Assembly (NCBI GenBank): GCA_038326325.1
Contig: JBBQJW010000017.1
Span: 2,009-66,008 of the forward strand
Direction of reading: 5' to 3'
Source: Chitinophagales bacterium
GTDB taxonomy: Bacteria; Bacteroidota; Bacteroidia; Chitinophagales; UBA10324
Length of the DNA: 64,000 bases
Numbering within the stretch: position 1 is the stretch's first letter; the number at the start of each line of letters is the position of its first letter. The translations under genes and the position numbers were made by a program. Shown piece after piece: positions 28,226-38,642 of this stretch. Under the pieces are notes generated by a model. The model saw only the letters and a program-made list of their open reading frames with translations, was not told where the DNA came from and did no database searches.

Positions 28226-28560
28226 CAATAGCGACGGAAACCATCGCGAAAGCAAAGTAATCTGCCGAAACAACAAGGTAAGCGAAAACAATAGCTTCGG
28301 AAACAAAAGCAATGCTGTTGTCACTTGAAACAATGACGGGTAAGCGGAAGCAATAGCAGGTTAAACAAAAACAATAGCAAGGTAACTGACTGCAACAACG
28401 AGGTAAACAAAAACAATTGCATCGGAAACCATCTCGAAAGCAAAGTCAATCACAGAAACAGCGAGGTAAATAAAAACAATAGTGTCAGAAACAATCGCGA
28501 AGGCAATGTAAACTGGAGAAATGGAAGAGTAATTGAAATCAACAAAATAGGAATCACAAA
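28226..28560 (-). repeat. array of about 15 degenerate tandem repeats with ~21-bp period
   Basis: CAAT(A/G)GC anchors sit at 28289, 28310, 28331, 28351, 28372, 28393 and 28414. The minus-strand consensus is yTTTTGTTTACCtnGCTATTG. A higher-order duplication links 28235-28305 to 28423-28493. Confidence 0.8.
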
Positions 28561-28651
28561 TTCTATCGTGGTTTCTGCCCTCAAAAAAAATCATGAAACA
28601 ATATTTTCATTATCAATACTCCTTAATTACATTTGCGACGGATTAGTGATG

Positions 28652-28673
28652 AGGGGACAGTGTCCCCTTTTTT
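28652..28673 (+). promoter_or_regulatory. hairpin plus T-tract 4 nt upstream of the rimP start (candidate leader attenuator)
   Basis: AGGGGAC-agt-GTCCCCT followed by TTTTT. No plus-strand gene lies upstream for it to terminate. Confidence 0.35.
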
Positions 28674-28676
28674 ATT

Positions 28677-29141
28677 ATGAATAACTCAGAGGTTCAGAAA
28701 CAGATAAAAACAATACTGGAGCCCGAACTGCAAAAGCAGGATTGGTTTCTGGTAGATTGTGTGGTGAGCAATGGTCGTGTGATTGTAGCGGTGGATACTG
28801 ATACCGGTTTCACCATTGAAAATTGTGTTCGCTTGAGTCGCCTTTTGGAAGCTGAATTGAATAAGTCGTTTCCGTTTTCGGAACATTATTCATTGGAGGT
28901 CGGAAGCCCAGGAATGGGAAATCCGCTGAAAGTTTTCAGACAGTATAAAAAATTCAAGGGGCGCAAAGTCGCAGTTGTTACAGTTGAAGGCGATCGGATG
29001 GAAGGAAGAATGATTGAAGTTAGCGACACCGGAATCGTAATTGAAAAATCGAAAATGGACAAGAAAAAAGAAGTGATAACAGGACAAGTTGAAATACCTT
29101 TTACTCAAATAAAAACAACCACGCTTGTGGTTACATTTTAA
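28677..29141 (+). CDS. rimP: ribosome maturation factor RimP
   Basis: The 154-aa ORF has LEVGSPG and sits upstream of nusA-infB. Confidence 0.9.
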   Translation: MNNSEVQKQIKTILEPELQKQDWFLVDCVVSNGRVIVAVDTDTGFTIENCVRLSRLLEAELNKSFPFSEHYSLEVGSPGMGNPLKVFRQYKKFKGRKVAVVTVEGDRMEGRMIEVSDTGIVIEKSKMDKKKEVITGQVEIPFTQIKTTTLVVTF

Positions 29142-29155
29142 AAACAGTTCGAACC

Positions 29156-30418
29156 ATGAACAACATTGAGCTGATTGAATCATTCTCAGAATTCAAGGAA
29201 CAAAAAAACATCGACCGCCCTACAATGATGAAGGTGCTTGAAGATGTGTTCCGTACAATCATTCGTAAAAAACATTTGACGGATGAAAACTTCGACATCA
29301 TCGTGAACACCGAAAAAGGTGATCTGGAAATCTGGCATCGCCGCGAAATTGTAGCGGATGGCGCAGTTGAAGATCCAGTAAAACAAATCGGACTTTCTGA
29401 AGCGCGATTGATTGAGCCGGACTATGAAGTGGGTGAAGAAGCGATTGAAGAAGTAAAGATGGCGGCATTCGGCCGTCGCGCAATTCTTTCTGCTCGTCAA
29501 ACACTTGCCGGAAGAATTTCTGAATTAGAAAAAGATGAGTTGTTTAAAAAATATACTGATCGTGTTGGTGAAATTATAAGTGGTGAAGTGTATCAGACAT
29601 GGAAGCGTGAAACACTTTTGATTGATGATGACGGAAACGAGCTCATTCTTCCAAAGACCGAACAAATTCCTGCCGACTTTTTTAAGAAGGGAGATAATGT
29701 TCGTGCAGTATTGAAAGCAGTTGAGCTGAAAAACAATGCGCCGACAATAATTCTTTCGCGCACCGATCCCTCGTTCCTCGCAAAATTATTAGAACAAGAG
29801 GTTCCTGAAATTTTTGATGGGTTAATCACCATCAAAAAAATTGTTCGTGAACCCGGTGAAAGAGCAAAAGTGGCTGTTGAATCTTACGACGATCGCATTG
29901 ATCCGGTTGGTGCCTGTGTTGGAATGAAGGGTTCGCGTATTCACGGAATAGTTCGCGAGTTGAAGAATGAAAATATCGACATCATCAATTACACAAACAA
30001 TTTGCAACTGATGATTGCGCGTGCACTTACTCCAGCGAAAATCACATCCATGGAAGTGAATGAGGAGAAAAAAAGTGTAGCGGTTTATCTGAAACCGGAT
30101 CAGGTTTCATTAGCGATTGGTCGTGGAGGAGTAAACATTCGTTTGGCTGGTCGCATTACAGGATTGAGCATTGATGTGTTCCGCGACACAATGGATGAAG
30201 GCGATGATTTCGATATTGACTTGGATGAATTTTCAGATGAAATTGAAAGTTGGATCATTGACGAATTAAAAGCGATTGGTTGCGACACGGCAAGAAGCGT
30301 GTTGGAATTAAATGCCGATGAATTGGTTCGTCGTTCTGATTTGGAAGAAGAGACTGTGAAAGAAGTAATACGAATTTTGAAAACGGAATTTGAAGAAGAG
30401 AAGAAAAAAGAAGAATAA
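29156..30418 (+). CDS. nusA: transcription termination/antitermination factor NusA
   Basis: S1 and KH domains (GACVGMKGSRI, AIGRGGVNIRLA), in operon context. Confidence 0.95.
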   Translation: MNNIELIESFSEFKEQKNIDRPTMMKVLEDVFRTIIRKKHLTDENFDIIVNTEKGDLEIWHRREIVADGAVEDPVKQIGLSEARLIEPDYEVGEEAIEEVKMAAFGRRAILSARQTLAGRISELEKDELFKKYTDRVGEIISGEVYQTWKRETLLIDDDGNELILPKTEQIPADFFKKGDNVRAVLKAVELKNNAPTIILSRTDPSFLAKLLEQEVPEIFDGLITIKKIVREPGERAKVAVESYDDRIDPVGACVGMKGSRIHGIVRELKNENIDIINYTNNLQLMIARALTPAKITSMEVNEEKKSVAVYLKPDQVSLAIGRGGVNIRLAGRITGLSIDVFRDTMDEGDDFDIDLDEFSDEIESWIIDELKAIGCDTARSVLELNADELVRRSDLEEETVKEVIRILKTEFEEEKKKEE

Positions 30419-30427
30419 AATAACTGA

Positions 30428-33400
30428 ATGTCAGAAGTAACAACAGGGGGAAAAAGAATCGCGGCGGTTGCCAAGGAGCTCAATGTGGGTTTGACCCATC
30501 TCATTGAGCATCTTAACAAAAGTGGTTTCAGTGTCGAGAATAAACCGACTACGAAAATCACCGATGCGATGCACGAGGTTTTACTTCGTGAATTTCAAAG
30601 TGATCTTTCAAACAAGCAGAAGGCTGATAAAATCAGCCTGGGAATAAAAGCTGCTGCTCCGGCAAAAGCCGAAGAGAAGGAAGAGCGCGCAACAAAAGTT
30701 TCAAAAGAAAAAGAAGAGCAATCAGAAGAACTGCTGATTAAGAATTCAAAAACAGCAACCAAAAAAGTTGAGGAAAAGAAAGTTGAAGAAACCGTTACAG
30801 CAAAGAAACCCGAAGAAAAACCTGCTGAGAAAGTTGTAGAAAAAGCGACGAAAAAAATTGAAGAGAAGCCGATAGAAAAAATTTCTGGCGAGAAGAAAGA
30901 AGAACAGAAGCCGGAAGAAAAAATAATCAAGCGCGGCAAAGCAGATAAAGTTGAGGGGCCGAAAATTATTGGCAAAATAGAATTGCCGGTTGAACCACCT
31001 GCTGACGAGCGTGGAAAGAAAAAAGCTCCACCAAAAGTTGCAGCAAAAAAAGGAAAGAAAAAAGAAGAGGACACTGTTACACCTGTTGTTGAAGAGGTAA
31101 AACCTATTGAAGTTTCTGTAGCAGAAATCCCAAAGAAGGAACCACCCGCAGAACCAACAGAAACGGAAGCAACGGATACTGTTACACCTGAAGATCCAAA
31201 CGCCCCAACGCGCAAAACACAATTTTCTGTTTTGTCGGGTCCGGTGTTGCTCGGAAAAATTGATTTAGGTTCAGTAAAAGATAAAAAGCCCGACTACTCG
31301 GACATTATTAAGGGCGATAGAGAAAAACGCAAGCGCAAAAGAATTTATAGTTCTGAGCAGGGGCCAATCGGCAAGCAACCTCAGTCATCAGGCGGAGGTG
31401 GTGCAACTGTTACACCTCCAGCAAAGCCAGGTGAAAGAAGACCATCTGGTCCGCCATCACAACAACCTCCTCGTCGAGACAACAGAACCGGCGACAATAA
31501 CAGAGGAAGAAGCGACCGTAACAGAAATACAAAAGTTGACAACACTCCGCAGGAAGTTTCTCAAAAAGAAATTCAGGATAAAATCAAGGCAACACTTTCT
31601 CGCCTTGGACAGCATGGGGTGAAAGGTGGCAAGGGTGCGAAAACAAAATTGCGCAAACTGAAACGCGATGTTGCAGCTGAAGAAATGAATGTAGAAGGCG
31701 GCGCTAAAAAAATTCAACTCACGGAATTTATTTCTGTTTCTGAGTTGGCAAGTTTGCTGAGCGTACCTGTAACAGATGTAATTAAGAATTGCATGAATCT
31801 CGGAATCTTTGTTTCCATCAATCAACGATTGGATGCGGAGATTATAGAATTAGTAACGCATGAATTTGGTTTCGAAGCCGAGTTCATTGGTGTTGAAGCG
31901 CAGGAAGAACAGGAGGAATTTGTTGATGAGCCGGAAGATTTAAAATCGCGCCCTCCAATCGTTACTATCATGGGACATGTGGATCATGGTAAAACATCGT
32001 TGCTTGATTATATCAGAAGCGCGAATGTGGTGGCTGGTGAAAAAGGGGGAATCACTCAGCACATTGGTGCTTATGAAGTGGAACTTCCGAACAAAAGAAA
32101 AATTACTTTTCTTGATACACCGGGTCACGAAGCATTTACCGCGATGCGCGCCCGTGGAGCAAAAATTACAGACATTGTTGTGATTGTTATTGCTGCCGAT
32201 GATAATGTGATGCCTCAAACAAAAGAAGCCATTAGTCACGCACAGGCAGCGGGTGTTCCTATGATTTTTGCATTTAATAAAATGGATAAACCAGGAGCTG
32301 ATGCTGAAAAAGTGCGAAGCGTATTAGCAAACATGAATATTCTTGTTGAGGATTGGGGAGGAAAATTTCAGTCGCAGGAAATTTCAGCAAAGGCAGGAAC
32401 AAATGTTGATTTGTTATTAGAAAAAATATTAGTTGAAGCTGATGTGTTGGAGTTAACAGCGAATCCCGATAAACCCGCAATCGGTTCTGTGATTGAAGCA
32501 TCGCTTGATAAAGGAAAAGGATATGTGTCAACTGTGTTGGTTCAGGAAGGAACTTTGAATCACGGTGATATAATTGTTGCTGGCGCAAACATGGGCAGAG
32601 TTAAAGCCATGTACGACGAGCGCGGAAATAAAATTAAATCTGCACCTCCGGCTACACCTGTGTTGGTGTTAGGATTAGATGGTGCACCGCAGGCAGGAGA
32701 AAAAGTTCGTGCGTTTGAAGATGAGCAGGAAGCAAAAGCGGTAGCAACAAAACGCTCGCAAATTTTACGCGAGCAGGGAATTCGTACCAAGAAACATATT
32801 ACGCTCGATGAAATCGGTCGTCGTTTGGCGCTGGGTAATTTCAAAGAACTGAATGTGATTATCAAAGCCGACTTTGATGGTTCAGTTGAAGCGCTTTCTG
32901 ATTCGTTGCAAAAACTTTCAGTGGCCGAGGTGCATGTGAATGTTGTTTACAAAGCTGTCGGACAAATTACAGAATCAGATGTATTGCTCGCTTCCGCATC
33001 CGATGCAATCATTGTCGGTTTCCAGGTGCGACCATCATTGCAGGCGCGCAAACTCGCTGAGAAAGAAAATATTGAAATTAGATTATACTCTATCATCTAC
33101 GATGCGATTGAAGAAATCAAGGGTGCAATGGAAGGAATGTTGGAACCAAAACTCGAAGAGCGCGCAGTGTGTAACATTGAAGTTCGCGATGTATTCAAGA
33201 TTCCAAAAATTGGCTCTGTTGCAGGTTGCTATGTAACCGATGGAAAAATTACCCGTCACACAAAAATTCATATTGTGCGCGATGGTATTGTGATTTATAC
33301 AGGAGAATTAGCTTCATTGAAACGATTCAAAGATGATGTGAAAGATGTAGCAACCGGATTCGAGTGCGGTATCTCAATCAAAAACTACAACGATATTAAA

Positions 33401-33454
33401 GTCGGTGATGTGATTGAAGGATATGAAGAAGTGGAAGTGAAGCGAACACTGTAA
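30428..33454 (+). CDS. infB: translation initiation factor IF-2
   Basis: GTPase motifs [17 protein letters not shown] and NKMD, with a K/E/P-rich N-terminal region. Confidence 0.95.
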   Translation: MSEVTTGGKRIAAVAKELNVGLTHLIEHLNKSGFSVENKPTTKITDAMHEVLLREFQSDLSNKQKADKISLGIKAAAPAKAEEKEERATKVSKEKEEQSEELLIKNSKTATKKVEEKKVEETVTAKKPEEKPAEKVVEKATKKIEEKPIEKISGEKKEEQKPEEKIIKRGKADKVEGPKIIGKIELPVEPPADERGKKKAPPKVAAKKGKKKEEDTVTPVVEEVKPIEVSVAEIPKKEPPAEPTETEATDTVTPEDPNAPTRKTQFSVLSGPVLLGKIDLGSVKDKKPDYSDIIKGDREKRKRKRIYSSEQGPIGKQPQSSGGGGATVTPPAKPGERRPSGPPSQQPPRRDNRTGDNNRGRSDRNRNTKVDNTPQEVSQKEIQDKIKATLSRLGQHGVKGGKGAKTKLRKLKRDVAAEEMNVEGGAKKIQLTEFISVSELASLLSVPVTDVIKNCMNLGIFVSINQRLDAEIIELVTHEFGFEAEFIGVEAQEEQEEFVDEPEDLKSRPPIVTIMGHVDHGKTSLLDYIRSANVVAGEKGGITQHIGAYEVELPNKRKITFLDTPGHEAFTAMRARGAKITDIVVIVIAADDNVMPQTKEAISHAQAAGVPMIFAFNKMDKPGADAEKVRSVLANMNILVEDWGGKFQSQEISAKAGTNVDLLLEKILVEADVLELTANPDKPAIGSVIEASLDKGKGYVSTVLVQEGTLNHGDIIVAGANMGRVKAMYDERGNKIKSAPPATPVLVLGLDGAPQAGEKVRAFEDEQEAKAVATKRSQILREQGIRTKKHITLDEIGRRLALGNFKELNVIIKADFDGSVEALSDSLQKLSVAEVHVNVVYKAVGQITESDVLLASASDAIIVGFQVRPSLQARKLAEKENIEIRLYSIIYDAIEEIKGAMEGMLEPKLEERAVCNIEVRDVFKIPKIGSVAGCYVTDGKITRHTKIHIVRDGIVIYTGELASLKRFKDDVKDVATGFECGISIKNYNDIKVGDVIEGYEEVEVKRTL

Positions 33455-33815
33455 CAGATTTTTTTTTGAAAATATTTGAAAGCATTCATCATAAGTGGGT
33501 GCTTTTTTATTTCGTGCTAATCACAACAATCTTTCTTAAAGAAGTTGTAACAGTATTTCAGAAATTTTTTCAGAAGATTTTTTATTCCTTTTGGGTTTTT
33601 AATATCAGATGAAAGTGTTTTCAATTTTGCGATTGATTATCTCTGATTGTTCTAATCTACAATTTCAAAACGGCAAATGGTTTTATTAAACAACAGGTTC
33701 CCCTTTGGGAGAACCTGTTGCAGACGGAAGAAATAATTATGGTTTCTTCCTAAATTTTATTTCACAAAAATATTTTTTGGTCGGTTTTAATAAGTTGCTA
33801 ATTAAAATAATTGAA

Positions 33816-33823
33816 TATATTTG
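33816..33823 (+). promoter_or_regulatory. candidate Bacteroidota -7 element TATATTTG for the RRM gene
   Basis: Matches TAnnTTTG, with a TTG 18 nt upstream (33795-33797). It would give a 5' UTR of about 120 nt. Confidence 0.3.
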
Positions 33824-33948
33824 ACACGAACCCTTAAACAAACTAATGAAATTTATTAGCCGCTTTACTTTAAGTTAAGTATCAAACACGGTTTCTGTTT
33901 TCAATCAACTCAACAATCAATACTTTTTTAACCCACACTTTTAAGACC

Positions 33949-34212
33949 ATGAACATTTATGTACGAAACCTTAATTACAATCTTCAGGAAGATGAATTAA
34001 AGGAGGTATTTTCTCAACACGGAGAAGTATCATCAGTAAAAATTATTAAGGACCGCGTTACCGGCAGAGCCAAAGGTTTCGGCTTTGTTGAAATGACGAA
34101 TGATGACGAGGCAAAAGCCGCCATCGAAAAAATCAATGGTAGCGATGTAAAAGGTCGCAACATTGAGGTGAGCGAAGCGCGTCCGCCACAAGAGAGAGAA
34201 AAAAAGTGGTGA
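33949..34212 (+). CDS. RNA-binding protein (RRM domain)
   Basis: RNP2 IYVRNL and RNP1 KGFGFVEM. Confidence 0.9.
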   Translation: MNIYVRNLNYNLQEDELKEVFSQHGEVSSVKIIKDRVTGRAKGFGFVEMTNDDEAKAAIEKINGSDVKGRNIEVSEARPPQEREKKW

Positions 34213-34235
34213 TACCTTTACTATAAATTTAAAAG

Positions 34236-34267
34236 AGCCGTCACGAAAATTCGTTGCGGCTTTTTTA
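34236..34267. terminator. hairpin between convergent RRM and GT2 genes
   Basis: AGCCGTCACG-aaaat-TCGTTGCGGCT followed by TTTTTT and preceded by AAAA. Confidence 0.5.
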
Positions 34268-35005
34268 TTTCTGTAACAGTTTCAGATATTTCATTCGCGT
34301 GTATCGCGAATATCCTATGGCGATTTCATATCCTGCTTTTCTGTCTAAAAATCCAGCTCGTAAAATATAAGAGCGAACAAATGCAAATGACCCGGAGAAA
34401 TATGCTTTTAATAAATTGCTTTTCATTCCTTCTTCTATCATTGATTGAGCGGCGATGGTGCTGAATTTTTCCATCTGCATTATATATAGTTCAGGTGTTC
34501 GTGCTGTATAATGAAGAATATTTCCATTCAGGAATTCAATTTTTGAATTTGCATTCATCACCACTTTATCGTGCGGATTTTTTCCACCCCACTTTCCTTT
34601 TTGCATATTCCACAATCTGATTTTTTTATCGGGATACCATACACCGTGCTTTATCCATTGACCGCAATAATTATTTAGTCGGTTCATGGAATAAGCGTCG
34701 GCAGAAAAGTTTTTTTTGATTTCGAGAATTGAAATTTTCAGTTCATCAGAAATTCGTTCGTCAGCATCAAGAGATAATATCCAATCGTTTGTTGCCTGTA
34801 ACAGTGCGAAGTTTTTTTGTTGAATATGTCCTTCGAATTTGTTCTGAATGAGTTTTACATTTTTTTCGCGACAGATTTTTTCTGTTGCATCGGATGAATA
34901 AGAATCAACAACAATTATTTCGTCAACAATTTCTTTCAATGAATCAATGCAGTCGCCGATATTTTCTTCTTCGTTATAAGTGATAATGACTCCCGAAATT
35001 TTCAT
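34265..35005 (-). CDS. glycosyltransferase family 2
   Basis: ISGVIITYNEE...VVDSYSSD...LSLDADE follows the GT2 DxD pattern. Confidence 0.85.
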   Translation of the reverse strand: MKISGVIITYNEEENIGDCIDSLKEIVDEIIVVDSYSSDATEKICREKNVKLIQNKFEGHIQQKNFALLQATNDWILSLDADERISDELKISILEIKKNFSADAYSMNRLNNYCGQWIKHGVWYPDKKIRLWNMQKGKWGGKNPHDKVVMNANSKIEFLNGNILHYTARTPELYIMQMEKFSTIAAQSMIEEGMKSNLLKAYFSGSFAFVRSYILRAGFLDRKAGYEIAIGYSRYTRMKYLKLLQK

Positions 35006-36249
35006 CTTCTCTTTTTTCGAAGTTGAAAATAAATGAGAATTAAAAAGATAAGATACAATCCGATTCCGTTACTGTCATCTGCGGTTGCTTCGGTGAGATA
35101 GGAAGAGAAAACAATAATGTGCAGACAAACAAAAAGCGGATCTGTATAATTTCGGTTATAGAAAAAAGGGAAGAGAGAGGCAAACCAAAAAATCGCAAAT
35201 CCAATAAATCCAACAGAAGCTAGCTCCCATACAATCTGGTTGTGCGGAAGTTTGTTGGGGGTTTTTATTTCGGGATAGCCGACATATTTTTTTATCGCTT
35301 CATTTTTTACATCACCTGCCCCTACTCCAATCCATATATTTTCTTTCCAGATTTCAATCCCGTTTTTCATAGAAAGCAGTCGTGTTGCATCACTTAATCC
35401 GGCAACATTATTATAATCAAAATACTGACCGAGGTCGTACTTCATATACGATAGTTTTGTTTTCACAGAGGGAATAAAATTGTACGCGATAACAGGAAGA
35501 AGAATTAATGCAATTAATGCAGCAAAACCCTGTTTCCATTTTCTGAAAAGAAAAACATATCGCACCAACAGAAAAACAGAACAAAGATAAAAAGCAAGCA
35601 GTCCGCTTCGCACTGCCATCACATGCAAAAACACAATCAGAAAAACTGTTACAGCAAGCGTTAAATATTTTTCGCCGCGGAAGAGTGGTTGAAAATCTCC
35701 GCGGAATAAATACCATCCGATAAAAACACAAAAGCAAACCAAGAGACTGAATCGAACATGGCTATACGGTGTTTCCATTGTTTGCCCCGCAGAATACATT
35801 CCGTTTACTGCGTCAAAGTTGTTTACATACTTCGCCAGCACAATAAAACTCGACACAGCAATCATCCATAAAAAAACATACAGTATCCATTGGAAAGTTT
35901 TATGTGTCATGTTTCGGAGTGAAATCATTCCGAAGGGAATTACAACAAATGCGAGTCGCACATTTATTCGCTCAAGCCAATATTGTTCGTCGTCAGAATA
36001 AATTCCACTAAATAAATAAGTGAGCAGAAAAAGTGAAAGAACGATTAAAACCGGGTCGTGTAAATATTCGTTAATGTTATACCTCACCTCTGTGTTGAAT
36101 AAAGTATTAGCAACTAATAGTCCCATGCTTATACTTTGCAGCGCGTGAGAAAAAATCAATCCTGCAAATAATGTCAGGAGAAAAAGCAAACTCAACTTAT
36201 AGTGGTCGGGCTTGTTGTTGATGGTGAAGTAGGAGAAAATGATTTTCAT
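35002..36249 (-). CDS. O-antigen ligase / Wzy-like polymerase family membrane protein
   Basis: A polytopic protein with an ...PHNQ..E..SVG.IG loop typical of the family. It overlaps the GT2 start. Confidence 0.6.
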   Translation of the reverse strand: MKIIFSYFTINNKPDHYKLSLLFLLTLFAGLIFSHALQSISMGLLVANTLFNTEVRYNINEYLHDPVLIVLSLFLLTYLFSGIYSDDEQYWLERINVRLAFVVIPFGMISLRNMTHKTFQWILYVFLWMIAVSSFIVLAKYVNNFDAVNGMYSAGQTMETPYSHVRFSLLVCFCVFIGWYLFRGDFQPLFRGEKYLTLAVTVFLIVFLHVMAVRSGLLAFYLCSVFLLVRYVFLFRKWKQGFAALIALILLPVIAYNFIPSVKTKLSYMKYDLGQYFDYNNVAGLSDATRLLSMKNGIEIWKENIWIGVGAGDVKNEAIKKYVGYPEIKTPNKLPHNQIVWELASVGFIGFAIFWFASLFPFFYNRNYTDPLFVCLHIIVFSSYLTEATADDSNGIGLYLIFLILIYFQLRKKRR

Positions 36250-36292
36250 TAAGGGGTGGTAAAATAAACCCGAATTAAACTATTTTTAAATC

Positions 36293-36871
36293 GTGACTAC
36301 TGAAGAAATTATAAAAAAAGAAAACGAAACAGTATTTGAGCAGGAGTTTTTTCCGACTGCGGATGCCCTTTACAATTTCGCCTTCCATCTTACCTACAAC
36401 GAAGATGATGCGCATGATCTTGTGCAGGATACTTTTTTAAAATCATATCGCTTCATAAATTCTTATGAAAGGGGAACCAACGCGAAGGCATGGCTGTTCA
36501 AAATTCTCAAGAACAGTTTCATTAATGAGTATCGAAAAAAATCGCGTACTCCGAATGAAGTTGATTACGAAGATTACATTGCTTATCAGGATAGTGACGA
36601 GGCAACAGGAATAGGAAGTTTGGATATGCGCTCCAATGTTTTTCAAAACATGATGGGCGATGAAATAACTACCGCAATAAATTCTTTGCCTGCCGATTTC
36701 AGAACCGTGATTCTGTTGTGTGATGTGGAAGATTTCAGTTATGAGGAGATTGCAAAAATTGTTGACATCCCGATTGGTACTGTTCGTTCGCGCCTGCATA
36801 GAGCACGCAACATGCTGAAAGACCAATTGCGCGATTACGCAAAGACAAAAGGAATAAAAGAAATAAGATAA
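36293..36871 (+). CDS. ECF-type RNA polymerase sigma-70 factor
   Basis: Region 2 DAHDLVQDTFLK...WLFKILKNSFINEYRK and region 4 EEIAKIVDIPIGTVRSRLHRAR. Confidence 0.9.
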   Translation: MTTEEIIKKENETVFEQEFFPTADALYNFAFHLTYNEDDAHDLVQDTFLKSYRFINSYERGTNAKAWLFKILKNSFINEYRKKSRTPNEVDYEDYIAYQDSDEATGIGSLDMRSNVFQNMMGDEITTAINSLPADFRTVILLCDVEDFSYEEIAKIVDIPIGTVRSRLHRARNMLKDQLRDYAKTKGIKEIR

Positions 36872-36874
36872 TAA

Positions 36875-37138
36875 ATGGACGACAAACAGCGACTACTCGA
36901 CAGACACAACTGCGAACAACTCATGCGCAAAGTAGTGCTCATGCTTGATGGGGAAATGAGTGAAGTTGAGGAAAAAGATTTTCTGGCTAATGTGTCTATA
37001 TGTAATCACTGTCTTGAATCATACAATATAGAAAAGGCATTTAAAGAAAGTATCTGTAACGGTATTGAGCGGAAATCTATTTCGCCTGATGTACTTAATT
37101 CTATTCGCGAAAAAATTAAAAGTCAACTGGGCGACTGA
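36875..37138 (+). CDS. anti-sigma factor (zf-HC2-like)
   Basis: An 87-aa ORF immediately downstream of the ECF sigma, with a C...H...C..C pattern (CNHCLESY). Confidence 0.6.
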   Translation: MDDKQRLLDRHNCEQLMRKVVLMLDGEMSEVEEKDFLANVSICNHCLESYNIEKAFKESICNGIERKSISPDVLNSIREKIKSQLGD

Positions 37139-37153
37139 TTATCTTTACCGTTG

Positions 37154-38068
37154 ATGAATCAGGCAGACGGATTATTAACTCAAATACAAAACGGAAATTA
37201 TAAAGCGCTTGCCCGCGTCATTAGTTTAGTTGAAAACGATTTAGAAGTTGGTCGCGAACTGTTACACCAGTTAAATATTAATCATCACATTCCTGTTATT
37301 GGTTTTACGGGTCCGCCTGGTGCCGGTAAAAGTTCATTGGTAAATTCTTTATTGAAAAAGCTTTCTAGCAGCGGAAAAAAAATTGCTGTGGTTGCAATTG
37401 ACCCAACATCTCCTTTTAATTTCGGTTCGCTGCTTGGCGATAGAATAAGATTAAGTGAACATTTTAACGATGAAAATATTTTCATCAGAAGTTTAGCAAC
37501 CCGTGGTGCTCTTGGTGGTTTGACTGATAAAATTATTGAGGTGATTGATGTGTTGCGCGCTTCTGTTTTTGATTACATTATTATTGAAACAGTTGGCGTG
37601 GGGCAAAGTGAAGTTGAAATTGCAGGACTTGCCGATACAACTATTGTAGTTCTTGTGCCTGAATCAGGTGATGAAGTTCAAACAATGAAAGCTGGCTTAA
37701 TGGAAATCGCCGACATATTCATAGTAAACAAAGCTGACCGAGAAAATGCCGACCGATTTGCAAAAAACATTTCTCTTCTTGTTCATGAAAAAGAAAAAAG
37801 CGATTGGACTATTCCTGTTATAAAAACAATTGCCTTAAAAAATGAAGGTGTAGATGAGTTGATTAAGGAAATTGAAAATCATCTTTCATCTCCTCACCAG
37901 AATGAAAGAAAAATCTTATTAATGGCTGATAAAGCGCTTCAATTAATTATAAAAGAAAAAACTAAACATATTAATCGAGTTGAATTACTGAATGAATTGA
38001 AAAATAAAATGGAAGATAAAAAATTTAATCTGTATAAATTCGTTCAAAATCGATTAATGGGTTTGTGA
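37154..38068 (+). CDS. meaB: methylmalonyl-CoA mutase-associated GTPase MeaB/ArgK
   Basis: GFTGPPGAGKSS, IIETVGVGQSE and VNKADR. Confidence 0.9.
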   Translation: MNQADGLLTQIQNGNYKALARVISLVENDLEVGRELLHQLNINHHIPVIGFTGPPGAGKSSLVNSLLKKLSSSGKKIAVVAIDPTSPFNFGSLLGDRIRLSEHFNDENIFIRSLATRGALGGLTDKIIEVIDVLRASVFDYIIIETVGVGQSEVEIAGLADTTIVVLVPESGDEVQTMKAGLMEIADIFIVNKADRENADRFAKNISLLVHEKEKSDWTIPVIKTIALKNEGVDELIKEIENHLSSPHQNERKILLMADKALQLIIKEKTKHINRVELLNELKNKMEDKKFNLYKFVQNRLMGL

Positions 38069-38642
38069 GAATTCATTTTTATCATTCAGTGGTCTTTAAC
38101 TCATTGTCGTTACCAACAAAACCCTAAAAAATTGTTAGTTCATGTTTGTAAACGATACAAGATTTACTCAACCGGACTTAGTTGTTACATCTTGATTTTA
38201 GTAATGTTTTTAAGGTAAAAAAATTCATACTACACCAACATAACTTCAATGAGTGTGTTCTAAATTATTTATCAAGATAAAGCGAGAAGAGTTTTTTTTT
38301 GGTATGTTCACAACAACGCTAAATGATTGATTAGTTGGTAACTTGATTGTTGGTGTAAATGTTAATTGTGTGATTGGAATATTGAAAACTGAGATTGAGC
38401 TGATATAAAAAAATACTTGTACACGAATTCACACCGCTAATAATTTGTAATAATAATTTTATAAAAAATTTAATTAAAAATACTGTTGGTAAGAGTGAAA
38501 AACTTCCTTTATAAAAATTTTTATTAAACCTCTTACATGAATCAAAAAAAATAATGGAACGCAGATCATTATGATTTTTATGATAAGCGCAGATAAAAAA
38601 TCTGTTTTATGTTTTATTTATAAAATAGGTCTATTAAAAAAA

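Noticed and set aside
28226-28560. The two phased arrays (28226-28560 and 54381-54752) as CRISPR arrays
   Set aside because: The units abut each other with no unique spacers. The period is 21-22 bp in total, the repeats are degenerate, and no cas genes are present.
28125-28594. Track ORFs 28125-28328 (+) and 28361-28594 (-) inside the 21-bp repeat array
   Set aside because: Their repetitive peptides (for example VSDTIVFIYLAV / VSDAIVFVYLVV) simply mirror the DNA repeat. They have no start context or recognisable family. I treat them as artefacts of the array.
30650-31250. Apparent DNA repeats (GAAGAAAAA/AAAGTTG) in the infB N-terminal region
   Set aside because: The repetitive lysine/glutamate-rich linker is normal for bacterial IF-2 and is not an independent repeat element.
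30595-31825. Long antisense and out-of-frame ORFs inside the infB 5' region
   Set aside because: This is a low-complexity K/E/P-rich coding region of IF-2, which generates open frames on both strands. The infB frame is clearly the real one.
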